64,000 bases of DNA from Candidatus Scatosoma sp. (GTDB taxonomy: Bacteria > Bacillota > Clostridia > Christensenellales > Borkfalkiaceae). Location: assembly GCA_045128055.1 (NCBI GenBank), contig JBGVRC010000120.1:21133-85132 (forward strand), in the 5' to 3' direction. Below, one piece after another: positions 26,889-34,795 of this stretch. A model generated the notes under the pieces. That model was not told where the DNA came from. It saw only the letters and a list, made by a program, of their open reading frames with translations, and did not search any database. Each line of letters begins with the position of its first letter. Positions within the stretch are counted from its first letter, which is position 1. A program made the position numbers and the translations under genes.

Positions 26889-27067
26889 TTGCCCTTGCGG
26901 GCAAGTGAAGTTTACTTTGTAAGTGAAGTTATCCTTTGGATAGTGAAGTTTTGCCTTTGGCAAAGTAAAAAATAATTTCCATAACTTGCGCACAGCGCAA
27001 ACTTCACTTGTTTATAAACAAACTTCACTGCGTAGCAACTTCACTTTCGCGACAGCGAAAACTTCAC
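26889..27067. repeat. array of 8 distinct mini-hairpins separated by a constant heptamer (GTGAAGT x3, then ACTTCAC x4)
   Basis: Hairpins: TTGCCC/GGGCAA, TTAC/GTAA, TATCC/GGATA, TTTGCC/GGCAAA, TTGCGC/GCGCAA, TTGTTTA/TAAACAA, TGC/GCA, TTTCGC/GCGAAA. GTGAAGT at 26905, 26923, 26943; ACTTCAC at 27001, 27022, 27038, 27061. Confidence 0.9.
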
Positions 27068-27072
27068 CCTTA

Positions 27073-27129
27073 ACAAGCCACCAGGTATGCGATGAAATAG
27101 AAAAAACAGCCTTTTTAGGGCTGTTTTTT
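27073..27129. repeat. 57-nt repeat copy A (motif M12 + terminator hairpin)
   Basis: 27073-27109 is identical over 37 nt to 34796-34832, and near-identical through the CAGCC...GGCTG hairpin and T-run. Confidence 0.9.
27075..27096 (+). repeat. dispersed motif M12 (CCAGG class)
   Basis: AAGCCACCAGGTATGCGATGAA; 14/15; part of repeat copy A. Confidence 0.85.
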
Positions 27130-27816
27130 GTTTTGATCAATTATTGCCAATAAAACGGAATAAACGTCTCTATTACATTTTTCAATAGGGCTATTGTATT
27201 CATATGTAGGCTCAATAATATCGGATAAATAAATTATAACTCCGTCCACATGATGATTTGTTATTGTTTCACTGTTGGCTGTTTCCGTTGCCGTTGCTGC
27301 GCCGATAATTGCACCCGCTTCCCCAGCTATAAGCCCACCTAAAAAAGCTCTTCCTATTGCTTTATTTTTATTTGTATCGGTTTTTGTATGATGGGAAGTG
27401 GAAATTTTTAATTCCGCTTTTATAATTTTTTCAAAAGTAATAACTTTTTTTCCAAAGATTAAAAACTTATTTTTCTCATCTATAGCAACAATCCAATTTC
27501 TTTTTATATCCACCAATTCTTCGCTCTCATCATAAAAACCTATTATTTTAGATATTTTATAATTTTGATTTAACCAATTAAAATACGCTTCTTTTACTTT
27601 TTCTATCCTTTCCTTTTCTTTCTTCCTTTCTTCTTCTTTTTTCATTTTTGCTTTTTCTTCGCTTTCTTTTTCAAGCTTTAACATTTTAATAATAAAAATA
27701 ATCATAGCTATACCAAAAAGTATAACACCTATAATAGAAAGCTCTGTCATATTTACAAACATACTGGCACAAATAAATACTAATGCCAATATTATAAAAA
27801 AAATAAAAAGTTTCAT
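27115..27816 (-). CDS. hypothetical membrane protein (2 TM + charged coiled coil + Gly-zipper)
   Basis: 233 aa from MKLFIFFIIL (AGGAGC RBS); KMKKEEERKKEKERIEK; GGLIAGEAGAIIGAA; the ORF-track extension to 27918 was rejected. Confidence 0.6.
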   Translation of the reverse strand: MKLFIFFIILALVFICASMFVNMTELSIIGVILFGIAMIIFIIKMLKLEKESEEKAKMKKEEERKKEKERIEKVKEAYFNWLNQNYKISKIIGFYDESEELVDIKRNWIVAIDEKNKFLIFGKKVITFEKIIKAELKISTSHHTKTDTNKNKAIGRAFLGGLIAGEAGAIIGAATATETANSETITNHHVDGVIIYLSDIIEPTYEYNSPIEKCNRDVYSVLLAIIDQNKKQP

Positions 27817-27884
27817 AAAAGCTCCTAAAAATAAAAAAGTACGCCAACCGAAGCTGACGTACAAAAACACAGACTCCGATTGTC

Positions 27885-28025
27885 GCTCAACAAACTTTAC
27901 GTGAAATGGGTAAAACACTTACATAAAAAGAATCTGTATTTTATCAAATTCAATATGTAAGTGCGCAAAAAAGAGCTATTTTTACAAAAAAATAAACCCA
28001 AATTCACCTATTAAGTTTGTTGAGC
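27885..28025. repeat. nested inverted repeats in AT-rich spacer
   Basis: Outer GCTCAACAAACTT (27885-27897) / AAGTTTGTTGAGC (28013-28025); inner CACTTACAT (27916-27924) / ATGTAAGTG (27955-27963). Confidence 0.7.
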
Positions 28026-28071
28026 ATTATTAGTATAACACATATTCATTTTTTTATCAAGTATATTTATA

Positions 28072-28106
28072 AAAAAAGAAAAACTCCGATTTTGTCGGAG
28101 TTTTTT
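28072..28106 (-). terminator. intrinsic terminator of rsmG (bidirectional shape)
   Basis: AAACTCCGA-loop-TCGGAGTTT with A-run and T-run flanks. Confidence 0.75.
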
Positions 28107-28107
28107 G

Positions 28108-28806
28108 TTATAATATAGGATTCTTTCGTTCCTTGCCTTGTCCGCGGGGATATTTCGGGGGAGTGGGGCTCGTCTTTTTCACCACCGCCAACACCCGTTC
28201 GCCGTAGTTTTCCGGCAATTCGTATGCATACGCCTTTTCCAGCTTACCGCCCAAAACCTTATACGCCGTTTTCGCTTCGTCGATTTCCGTTTTGTCGCCG
28301 CTCTTGTACGCGATAAAGCTTCCGCCGACCTTGACAAAGGGCATACAGTATTCGCAAAGGGTGTTCATTCTCGCCACCGCGCGCGCCGTTACGCAATCGT
28401 ATTTTTCCCGAAAATTTTTATCCCGCGCCGCGTCTTCCGCGCGAATGTTATAAATATGCACGTTTTGCATATTCAACTTATCCACAACCACTTTCAAAAA
28501 CTCGCATTTTTTCCCCACGCTTTCAAAAAGATCAAAGGATAAATCGTCGCGTAAAATTTTTAAGACCATCGACGGAAAACCCGCGCCCGAGCCGATTTCC
28601 GCCACTTTCGCGTTGGTTTTAAACAAATCCATACCCGCCGCGCTGTCTAAAAAATGCTTGTACGTGACGTCTTTTTCTTCCAAAATCGCCGTCAGATTGT
28701 ATTTTTGATTGTATTCCAAGAGAAAAGCACGAAAAATTTCCAACTTTTCCCGCTTTTCTCCTAAAATCTCTTGTTCGTAAATCGCGTAAATATCTCTCAT
28801 TTCCAT
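28108..28806 (-). CDS. rsmG: 16S rRNA (guanine527-N7)-methyltransferase RsmG/GidB
   Basis: 232 aa; EIGSGAGFPS SAM loop; typical GidB length. Confidence 0.92.
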   Translation of the reverse strand: MEMRDIYAIYEQEILGEKREKLEIFRAFLLEYNQKYNLTAILEEKDVTYKHFLDSAAGMDLFKTNAKVAEIGSGAGFPSMVLKILRDDLSFDLFESVGKKCEFLKVVVDKLNMQNVHIYNIRAEDAARDKNFREKYDCVTARAVARMNTLCEYCMPFVKVGGSFIAYKSGDKTEIDEAKTAYKVLGGKLEKAYAYELPENYGERVLAVVKKTSPTPPKYPRGQGKERKNPIL

Positions 28807-28868
28807 AGCTCCTTTATTATACCACCTTTTTTATCAAATAGCAATCCTTTTTTTATACTTTTCCCCAG

Positions 28869-29123
28869 CTTTCCACAGCGGTGTAGATAGTTTTATCCAC
28901 AATGTTTATAACTGCTGTGGATTACTCAATTTTTGTATAATTATACATTTTATTTTTGTATTTTTTCCGATGAATTTTATATTTTTTCACTTTTTTATAC
29001 ACTTTTCCACAAAATTTCCACTTTTTTATCCACCTAAAAAATAGGGGTTGTCCACCGCTTGAAAAATCGCGCAAACCCTTTATATTCCAAGGAAAAATTT
29101 GGCTTTTTTAGGGGTTGTCCACA
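28869..29123. other. DnaA-box cluster 2 with AT-rich putative unwinding tract, adjacent to dnaN
   Basis: Perfect TTATCCACA at 28893; one-mismatch boxes at 28916, 29003, 29026 and 29115; AGGGGTTGTCCAC at 29043 and 29110; 75-nt AT-rich run 28925-29000. Confidence 0.7.
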
Positions 29124-29326
29124 TATCCCCACGCCCTACTACTAATACTTCTACTTTTTATTTATATAAAATATAATCAATCGACAAAAACGGACGGCTG
29201 AACAAAGAGCAAAGCTTGGAAAAATTTTTTAAATTTTCGACAAAAAAGATGACAGTAGTCCGTTGACAAAAACAAAAGCTGTGTTATAATATAACACGAA
29301 AGAAAAAACAAGGAGAAAAATGCGCT

Positions 29327-29824
29327 GTGGAACAGCTTTGTTTCGATACGATAAACGATAAAAAGCCCGCAAAAAGCTGCGTCTTTACCGGGCATAGAAT
29401 ATTAGACGACGATTTTTCTCCGCGCGCCTTAAAAAAAGAGATAAAAAACGCCGTTTTGCAAGGGGTGGAAGTCTTTTACAACGGTATGGCGATGGGGTTT
29501 GATTTGGCTGCCGCCGAAGCCGTTTTATCCCTGCGAAAAAAATTTCCGCAAATCAGGCTTGCTGCTTGCGTACCCTGCTACGGTCAGGAAAAAAACTTTT
29601 CCGATAAGGATAAAAAACGGTACGTAAATATTTTAAAAAAAGCGGATGAGAAGGTGGTTTTGTCCGAATATTATTATAAGGGTTGTATGCACGTTCGGGA
29701 TAAATATATGGTGGATTTAGGGGATATGATGATTTGCTATTGCAAAAAAGAAACGGGGGGCGCGGCGTTTACCTTGCGGTATTTCCAAAAGAAAAAGCCC
29801 ACGGCGAAAATAGTTTTTATTTAG
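29327..29824 (+). CDS. SLOG-fold DUF1273 (YpsA-like) protein
   Basis: 165 aa; FTGHR...GMAMGFDLAAAEAVL...ACVPC pattern typical of DUF1273; GTG start after AAGGAG. Confidence 0.65.
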   Translation: MEQLCFDTINDKKPAKSCVFTGHRILDDDFSPRALKKEIKNAVLQGVEVFYNGMAMGFDLAAAEAVLSLRKKFPQIRLAACVPCYGQEKNFSDKDKKRYVNILKKADEKVVLSEYYYKGCMHVRDKYMVDLGDMMICYCKKETGGAAFTLRYFQKKKPTAKIVFI

Positions 29825-29936
29825 GGAAAAATACCCGAAAATCAAGGCTTTTTTACTTGCTAAAAACTATGTTTTTATGGTATAATTTAAAGGATAAAAA
29901 TAAACGAGCTTTTTAAGCTTTTCGGAGAAGAAGAAA

Positions 29937-31043
29937 ATGAAATTTGTATGTGACGGAATGGTTCTTTCGGACGCGGCGTTTACCGTATGCAAGGCTTGCG
30001 CGGTAAAAACCATCACCCCTGTTTTGGAATGTATCAAGCTCAAAGCGGAAAACGACGGGTTGACCTTGACTGCGTACGACGGCGAAATTTCCATTAAAAA
30101 GAAAATCAACGCGGAAATTATGGAAGAAGGCGAAGTTTGCGTAAACGGCAAAACGTTTGCCGATTTCGTGGGGAAAATTTCTTCCTTTGAAGTCGTTATT
30201 CATACCGAAGAAAACGGTATGTTTATTAAATATGGCGACAGCGAATCCCGTATGCAAATTCTTCCCGCGGACGATTTTCCTCGTATCAATAAATCGTTGG
30301 ACGGCAAGGAGTATTTCGAAATCAAGGAAAGAGATTTAAAAAACTTGATTGCAAAAATCGTATTTTGTTGCGCTACGGACGAAAGCAGACCTATTTTGAA
30401 AGGCACTTTGTTGGAAGCGAAAAACGGAGCTTTGGAATGTACCGCTCTCGACGGGTTTAGAATGGCGTACGGCGCTTGCGAAACGCAGGAAACGAGCGCG
30501 GATATGAAAATCGTTTGCCCGGCAAGAACGCTTTTGGAAATTTCCCGTATGCTCGGCGATGAAGAAAATATCAAGGTTTACGCGGACAAAAATTCCCTTT
30601 CCGTTACGGTAAAGGACACCGTTATCACGTCCCGTTTGTACGCAGGCGAATTTGTAAAAAGAGAAAATATCTATCCCATCGATTTCACCACCTACGTATC
30701 GGTGAACAGAGCGGAGCTTATCGACAGCGTAGAACGCGCTTCCGTTTTGATCCGCGGGGATAAAAACAACCTTATTACCTTTGATATCAAAAACGGTAAA
30801 ATCGTATTGACGGCAAATTCGGACATGGGTAAAGTAGAAGAAAGCGTAGCGGCGAATTTGGACGGTAAGGAACTGAAAATCGCTATGAACGGCAAGTATT
30901 TGTTGGACGCGGTGAAGGCTTTGGAAGAAGACGAAGTGTTGCTTTCCTTCAATACGTCCGTATCCCCTTTCACGCTGGAAAACGCTGCGGAAAAGAAATG
31001 CAAATACTTAATTCTCCCCGTACGTACGGGCGCAGGTCAGTAA
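29937..31043 (+). CDS. dnaN: DNA polymerase III beta sliding clamp
   Basis: 368 aa, three-domain clamp length; MKFVCDG... with PILKGTLLEA, typical of DnaN. Confidence 0.95.
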   Translation: MKFVCDGMVLSDAAFTVCKACAVKTITPVLECIKLKAENDGLTLTAYDGEISIKKKINAEIMEEGEVCVNGKTFADFVGKISSFEVVIHTEENGMFIKYGDSESRMQILPADDFPRINKSLDGKEYFEIKERDLKNLIAKIVFCCATDESRPILKGTLLEAKNGALECTALDGFRMAYGACETQETSADMKIVCPARTLLEISRMLGDEENIKVYADKNSLSVTVKDTVITSRLYAGEFVKRENIYPIDFTTYVSVNRAELIDSVERASVLIRGDKNNLITFDIKNGKIVLTANSDMGKVEESVAANLDGKELKIAMNGKYLLDAVKALEEDEVLLSFNTSVSPFTLENAAEKKCKYLILPVRTGAGQ

Positions 31044-31132
31044 AAATTTATAAAAAACAGCGAAAAAGCGGAAAAAACCCGTTGAAAAACCGCAAAGAAA
31101 GGAAAAAAGACTTAAAAATTGCTTGACGGAGT

Positions 31133-31152
31133 TTGTTTGTTTGCGGTATAAT
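31133..31152 (+). promoter_or_regulatory. promoter of rpmH operon
   Basis: TTGACG, then a GTATAAT -10 box ending at 31152. Confidence 0.5.
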
Positions 31153-31229
31153 GGTGAAGTTATCGTGGGGTGAACCGCGATAAAACCAAAAATTAAGAAA
31201 AGATAAAAAACCATATTAGGAGAAAAATT

Positions 31230-31364
31230 ATGAAAAGAACCTATCAACCCAAAAAGAGACAGAGAAGCAAAGTACACGGTTTCCGTAAGAGAATGGCTAC
31301 GACCGCAGGCAGAAAGGTTTTGAAAAGACGTAGAGCAAAGGGCAGAAAGAGATTGACCCACTAA
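31230..31364 (+). CDS. rpmH: 50S ribosomal protein L34
   Basis: 44 aa [44 protein letters not shown]; AGGAG RBS; below the ORF-track size cutoff. Confidence 0.95.
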   Translation: MKRTYQPKKRQRSKVHGFRKRMATTAGRKVLKRRRAKGRKRLTH

Positions 31365-31501
31365 TTCTCAATTTCAAACGTTTTCTTAACTTATAAATGA
31401 TAATATAAAAAATCAATTCCTTTCCTTTTTTTAAAGGGGAGGATTTGCCATTTTTATACACGGAAGTATTTTGGTAGACAAAACGCTCGTTTCAAGGAAG
31501 A

Positions 31502-31819
31502 ATGAAATATTTACGATTAAAAAAACAAGCGGATTTCGAACGGCTTTTTCATAAGGGAAAGCGCGCGTTTTCCCCTTCTTTGACTCTTATTTATCGCCCG
31601 TCGGATAGTATGCGAATGGGGATTTCGATTGGTAAAAGACACGGGAAAAGCGTCAAAAGAAACCGTATCAAAAGGCTGATTAGAGAAGCTTTTGCAAAAA
31701 CGCAAGGAGAAATGAAAGGCACGTATTCTATCGTCATCATTCCCAAAGTGAACGAAACGTACGAGTACGCGACTTTTGTACGCCACTTACAATGCATGAT
31801 CAAGAAAGAAAAGCTTTAA
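31502..31819 (+). CDS. rnpA: ribonuclease P protein component
   Basis: 105 aa basic protein following rpmH; KRNRIKRLIREAF RNR-type motif. Confidence 0.9.
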   Translation: MKYLRLKKQADFERLFHKGKRAFSPSLTLIYRPSDSMRMGISIGKRHGKSVKRNRIKRLIREAFAKTQGEMKGTYSIVIIPKVNETYEYATFVRHLQCMIKKEKL

Positions 31820-31893
31820 ATTTAGACTTTCTTTCGCTGTGCAGAGCGAACAGAAAATATCTACGCAGAACGGTGTTTAAGCCGTACGTAGAG

Positions 31894-32124
31894 ATGTTTT
31901 GTTTGCGCGCGATCCGTTTTTATCAAAAGTATCTTTCCCAAGGCAAGGGCGTTTGCCGATATACCCCTACCTGCTCGCAGTATACTTTGGAGAGTATCCA
32001 TAACAACGGCGTGATTTTGGGTATTTTGTTGGGGTGTTGGCGAATTATGCGCTGTAATCCCTTATCCAAGGGTGGGTTTAATCCCGCGCCCTTTCCTTAT
32101 CACAAGAAAAAATGGCTGCTTTGA
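31894..32124 (+). CDS. yidD: membrane protein insertion efficiency factor YidD
   Basis: CRYTPTCSQYTLESI core; start placed at MFCLRAIRFYQ; upstream ORF extension uncertain. Confidence 0.75.
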   Translation: MFCLRAIRFYQKYLSQGKGVCRYTPTCSQYTLESIHNNGVILGILLGCWRIMRCNPLSKGGFNPAPFPYHKKKWLL

Positions 32125-32203
32125 TACGTTTTGTAAGATAAAAAAACGGGTATAAGCAATGTAAATAAGATTGCGGCTTTTCGCCGTATTAGTAAGGAAA
32201 ATT

Positions 32204-33721
32204 ATGAATTTTTTTAACTTGTTAGCAAACGTGCAGTTCTTTAACGAATTGCATACAATAGAGCTCGACTTCATCGGCAGATTTATCAAATGGCTGGTGG
32301 CGATTACGGGCAGCGTTGGCGTTGCTATTATTTTATTTTCGCTTGCTTTGAAGCTGGTAACTTTGCCCTTTGACGTATATCAAAGGGTTTCCATGCGCAA
32401 GCAAAATTTGAAAATGAAGCAAAACCAAGAAAGAATGGAAAAACTGCAAAAGCAGTATGCCAACGACAAAGCGACCTACAATCAAAAGGTTACGGAAATG
32501 TATAAGGAAAGCGGAATTTCGATGTTCTCTTCCTGTCTTCCCATGATTTTGTCGATGGTAATTTTCTTTATCGCAATCGGCGCGTTTAACTCTTTCGCGG
32601 CGTATTCCAACGTGAAAAATTATAACACGCTCGTCACTTCGTACAACGAAAAAATCGAAGACTTTGCTTTGGATTTAAATGATAAAGACGCAAACGGCGC
32701 GTACGTTTTAAAAGAAAACAACGTATCCTATCGTATCAGCGACGATAAGCTTTCCGTTATTTACACCGTCAAAGGGGACAGAGAAAACGATTATTTGTAT
32801 TTCGACGCGTACTATACCTTGGCGGAAGGCGAAACGGCGGACAGCTTTGTTTATGATTTTGAAAAAGCAAAAGAGCATATCGCCAACACGGGTACGACGA
32901 TTTTCTACGTGAACGAAGAAAAAATAGACGATAGTATGCTTGCGCAAATGCAAACGATTGCCGAAGCTTTGAAGCGTGAAGCGGAAGAAGAAGGCAAGAC
33001 CTTGACGGACGCGGAAGCTTTGGAAAAAGCAAAGGCGAACTATTTTGAAAGCCAAGCGCAGGACGCGGTTCTTGAAACCTATAAAACGGATTTGAAGAGC
33101 GAAACCAAATTCCTTTGGATTAAGAATATTTGGGTTACGGACGCAAGCTATAAGCACCCCGTATTGAAATATTCCGACTTTGCAAATGAAATTGTAGAAA
33201 GAAAATCCTGCTCCTGTTCGCAGGATACGAGCGTACGTAAAATTTCCGCGTACACGGAAGATGGGTATGAGCTTGTAACGGCGAAAATGGGCGCGCAAAA
33301 GAGCGAAGCGAACGGGTACTTTATCCTTATCGCCCTTTCTATCGGTACGATTTTGTTGCAACAGTTCTTGTCTATGCGTTCGCAAAAGGAACAACAAAAA
33401 TATTCGTCGGTAGACGGTCAAGGCGCGGGCAATCAAAAAATGATGCTCGTTATGATGACGGGTATGTTTGCGATTTTCTCGTTTATGTATTCGTCGGCGT
33501 TCTCTACCTATCTTATCGTCAGCAACGTATTCTCGATGGCGTCCATGTTCGTCATCAATAAAATTGTAGACTCGAAGGACAAGAAAAAGCAAGAAGCGAT
33601 CGTCATTGAAAGAAGCCAAAGCTATAACGCGAAGAGAATCGAAGCGGCGAAGGAAGCGGGCAAGAAAGCTGCGCAAGAAAAGCGCGGCATCGTGGACGAT
33701 AAATCCAAGAAGAAAAAATAA
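32204..33721 (+). CDS. yidC: YidC/Oxa1 membrane insertase, unusually long (505 aa)
   Basis: Start MNFFNLL with AAGGAAA RBS; PMILSMVIFF and later TM blocks of YidC; about 215-aa hydrophilic insert; Lys-rich tail. Confidence 0.85.
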   Translation: MNFFNLLANVQFFNELHTIELDFIGRFIKWLVAITGSVGVAIILFSLALKLVTLPFDVYQRVSMRKQNLKMKQNQERMEKLQKQYANDKATYNQKVTEMYKESGISMFSSCLPMILSMVIFFIAIGAFNSFAAYSNVKNYNTLVTSYNEKIEDFALDLNDKDANGAYVLKENNVSYRISDDKLSVIYTVKGDRENDYLYFDAYYTLAEGETADSFVYDFEKAKEHIANTGTTIFYVNEEKIDDSMLAQMQTIAEALKREAEEEGKTLTDAEALEKAKANYFESQAQDAVLETYKTDLKSETKFLWIKNIWVTDASYKHPVLKYSDFANEIVERKSCSCSQDTSVRKISAYTEDGYELVTAKMGAQKSEANGYFILIALSIGTILLQQFLSMRSQKEQQKYSSVDGQGAGNQKMMLVMMTGMFAIFSFMYSSAFSTYLIVSNVFSMASMFVINKIVDSKDKKKQEAIVIERSQSYNAKRIEAAKEAGKKAAQEKRGIVDDKSKKKK

Positions 33722-33768
33722 TAGAGAGATATGATTTTCCCAAAGTTAGGGAGCAAGGAGATTTAAAA

Positions 33769-34701
33769 ATGAACTACACGGAATTTACGGGTAAGACGGT
33801 TGACGACGCCGTCGAAAAAGGGCTGAAAGAGCTTGGTATCAGCAGAGAAAACGCGGATATCAGAGTGTTGGAAGAAGGCAAGAAAAAGTTGTTCGGTTCG
33901 GTGAAGGCTCGCGTGGAAATCGCTGTAAAATGCGAAGAAAAAGCGGAAAAATGCTGCTGTGATAAAGCGGCAAAGACGGAAAACAGCGCAAAGGACGGCG
34001 CTACGGACGGCGAAAGAACGGTGGAATTTTTGGAAGGCTTGTTTGAGCTGTTGAATATCACCGCTTGTACGGAGCTTGTTTCGGAAGGTGAAAAGGTGGA
34101 AATCAACGTTACGGCGGCGAACACCACTTCTATCATCGGTAAGCACGGCGCTATGTTGGACGCGATTCAAACGCTTGCGGGCGCGGTTGCGAACACGGGC
34201 AGGGACGAATATAAGCGCGTGGTTGTGGATTGCGAAAACTATCGCGAAAACCGTGAAGCGACCCTTAACAAATTGTCCGAAAACTTGGCGCAAAAAGCTA
34301 TTCGCTTGGGCAAGAAAATCAAGCTTGAACCCATGAACCCCTACGAAAGAAGAATTATTCACGCGGCTTTGTCGGAAAGAGAAGGCGTTTCGACGGTAAG
34401 CGAAGGCAAAGAACCTAACCGTTATATCGTGATTATTCCCGACAACGTAGGAGATCCTGACGCGCCTGCTATCCCCGCAAGAAACGAACGCGGCGGTAGA
34501 AACGGCGGCAGAAATTTCAATCGTGGCGGTAGAAACAACGGCCGCGGCGGGTATAACAGAAACGGTGGTAAGAGCTTTGATAAAAAGCCTTATAACCGTG
34601 ATAGAAAATCGTCTTCGAGCTCTTCGACGGGCGGTACGACGTTGAAGCCGAATAATGATTTCTTTGGTATTTTCCTTGGAAACAGCAACAAAGACGAATA
34701 A
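33769..34701 (+). CDS. jag: Jag/KhpB RNA-binding protein (Jag_N, KH, R3H) with RGG-rich tail
   Basis: 310 aa; IIGKHGAMLDAIQ KH motif, ERRIIHAAL R3H motif; tail RGGRNGGRNFNRGGRNNGRGGYNRNGG. Confidence 0.85.
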   Translation: MNYTEFTGKTVDDAVEKGLKELGISRENADIRVLEEGKKKLFGSVKARVEIAVKCEEKAEKCCCDKAAKTENSAKDGATDGERTVEFLEGLFELLNITACTELVSEGEKVEINVTAANTTSIIGKHGAMLDAIQTLAGAVANTGRDEYKRVVVDCENYRENREATLNKLSENLAQKAIRLGKKIKLEPMNPYERRIIHAALSEREGVSTVSEGKEPNRYIVIIPDNVGDPDAPAIPARNERGGRNGGRNFNRGGRNNGRGGYNRNGGKSFDKKPYNRDRKSSSSSSTGGTTLKPNNDFFGIFLGNSNKDE

Positions 34702-34702
34702 T

Positions 34703-34731
34703 AAAAAGAGCCCTTTTCGGGGCTCTTTTTT
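34703..34731 (+). terminator. intrinsic terminator of jag
   Basis: GAGCCC-loop-GGGCTC followed by T6. Confidence 0.8.
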
Positions 34732-34795
34732 GCAAGGTAATAAGTAAAAGTGAAAAGTGAAAAAGTGTGGCTGGAATTTAGGAAAAATTGATATT

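Larger units (their letters stand above)
27100..28106. other. AT-rich insertion 1 (one membrane-protein gene, no recombinase)
   Basis: Visibly lower GC and different codon use than flanks; bounded by repeat copy A on the left and the rsmG terminator on the right. Confidence 0.5.

Noticed and set aside
26889-27067. CRISPR array or iteron origin
   Set aside because: The constant unit is only 7-8 nt. The variable units are 9-16 nt self-complementary hairpins rather than 25-40 nt spacers. Spacing is irregular (16-23 nt), and no cas or rep gene is nearby.
27893-27908. parS-like sequence AACTTTACGTGAAATG
   Set aside because: It matches only about 10 of 16 positions of TGTTNCACGTGAAACA and is not palindromic. 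No canonical parS was found in the window.
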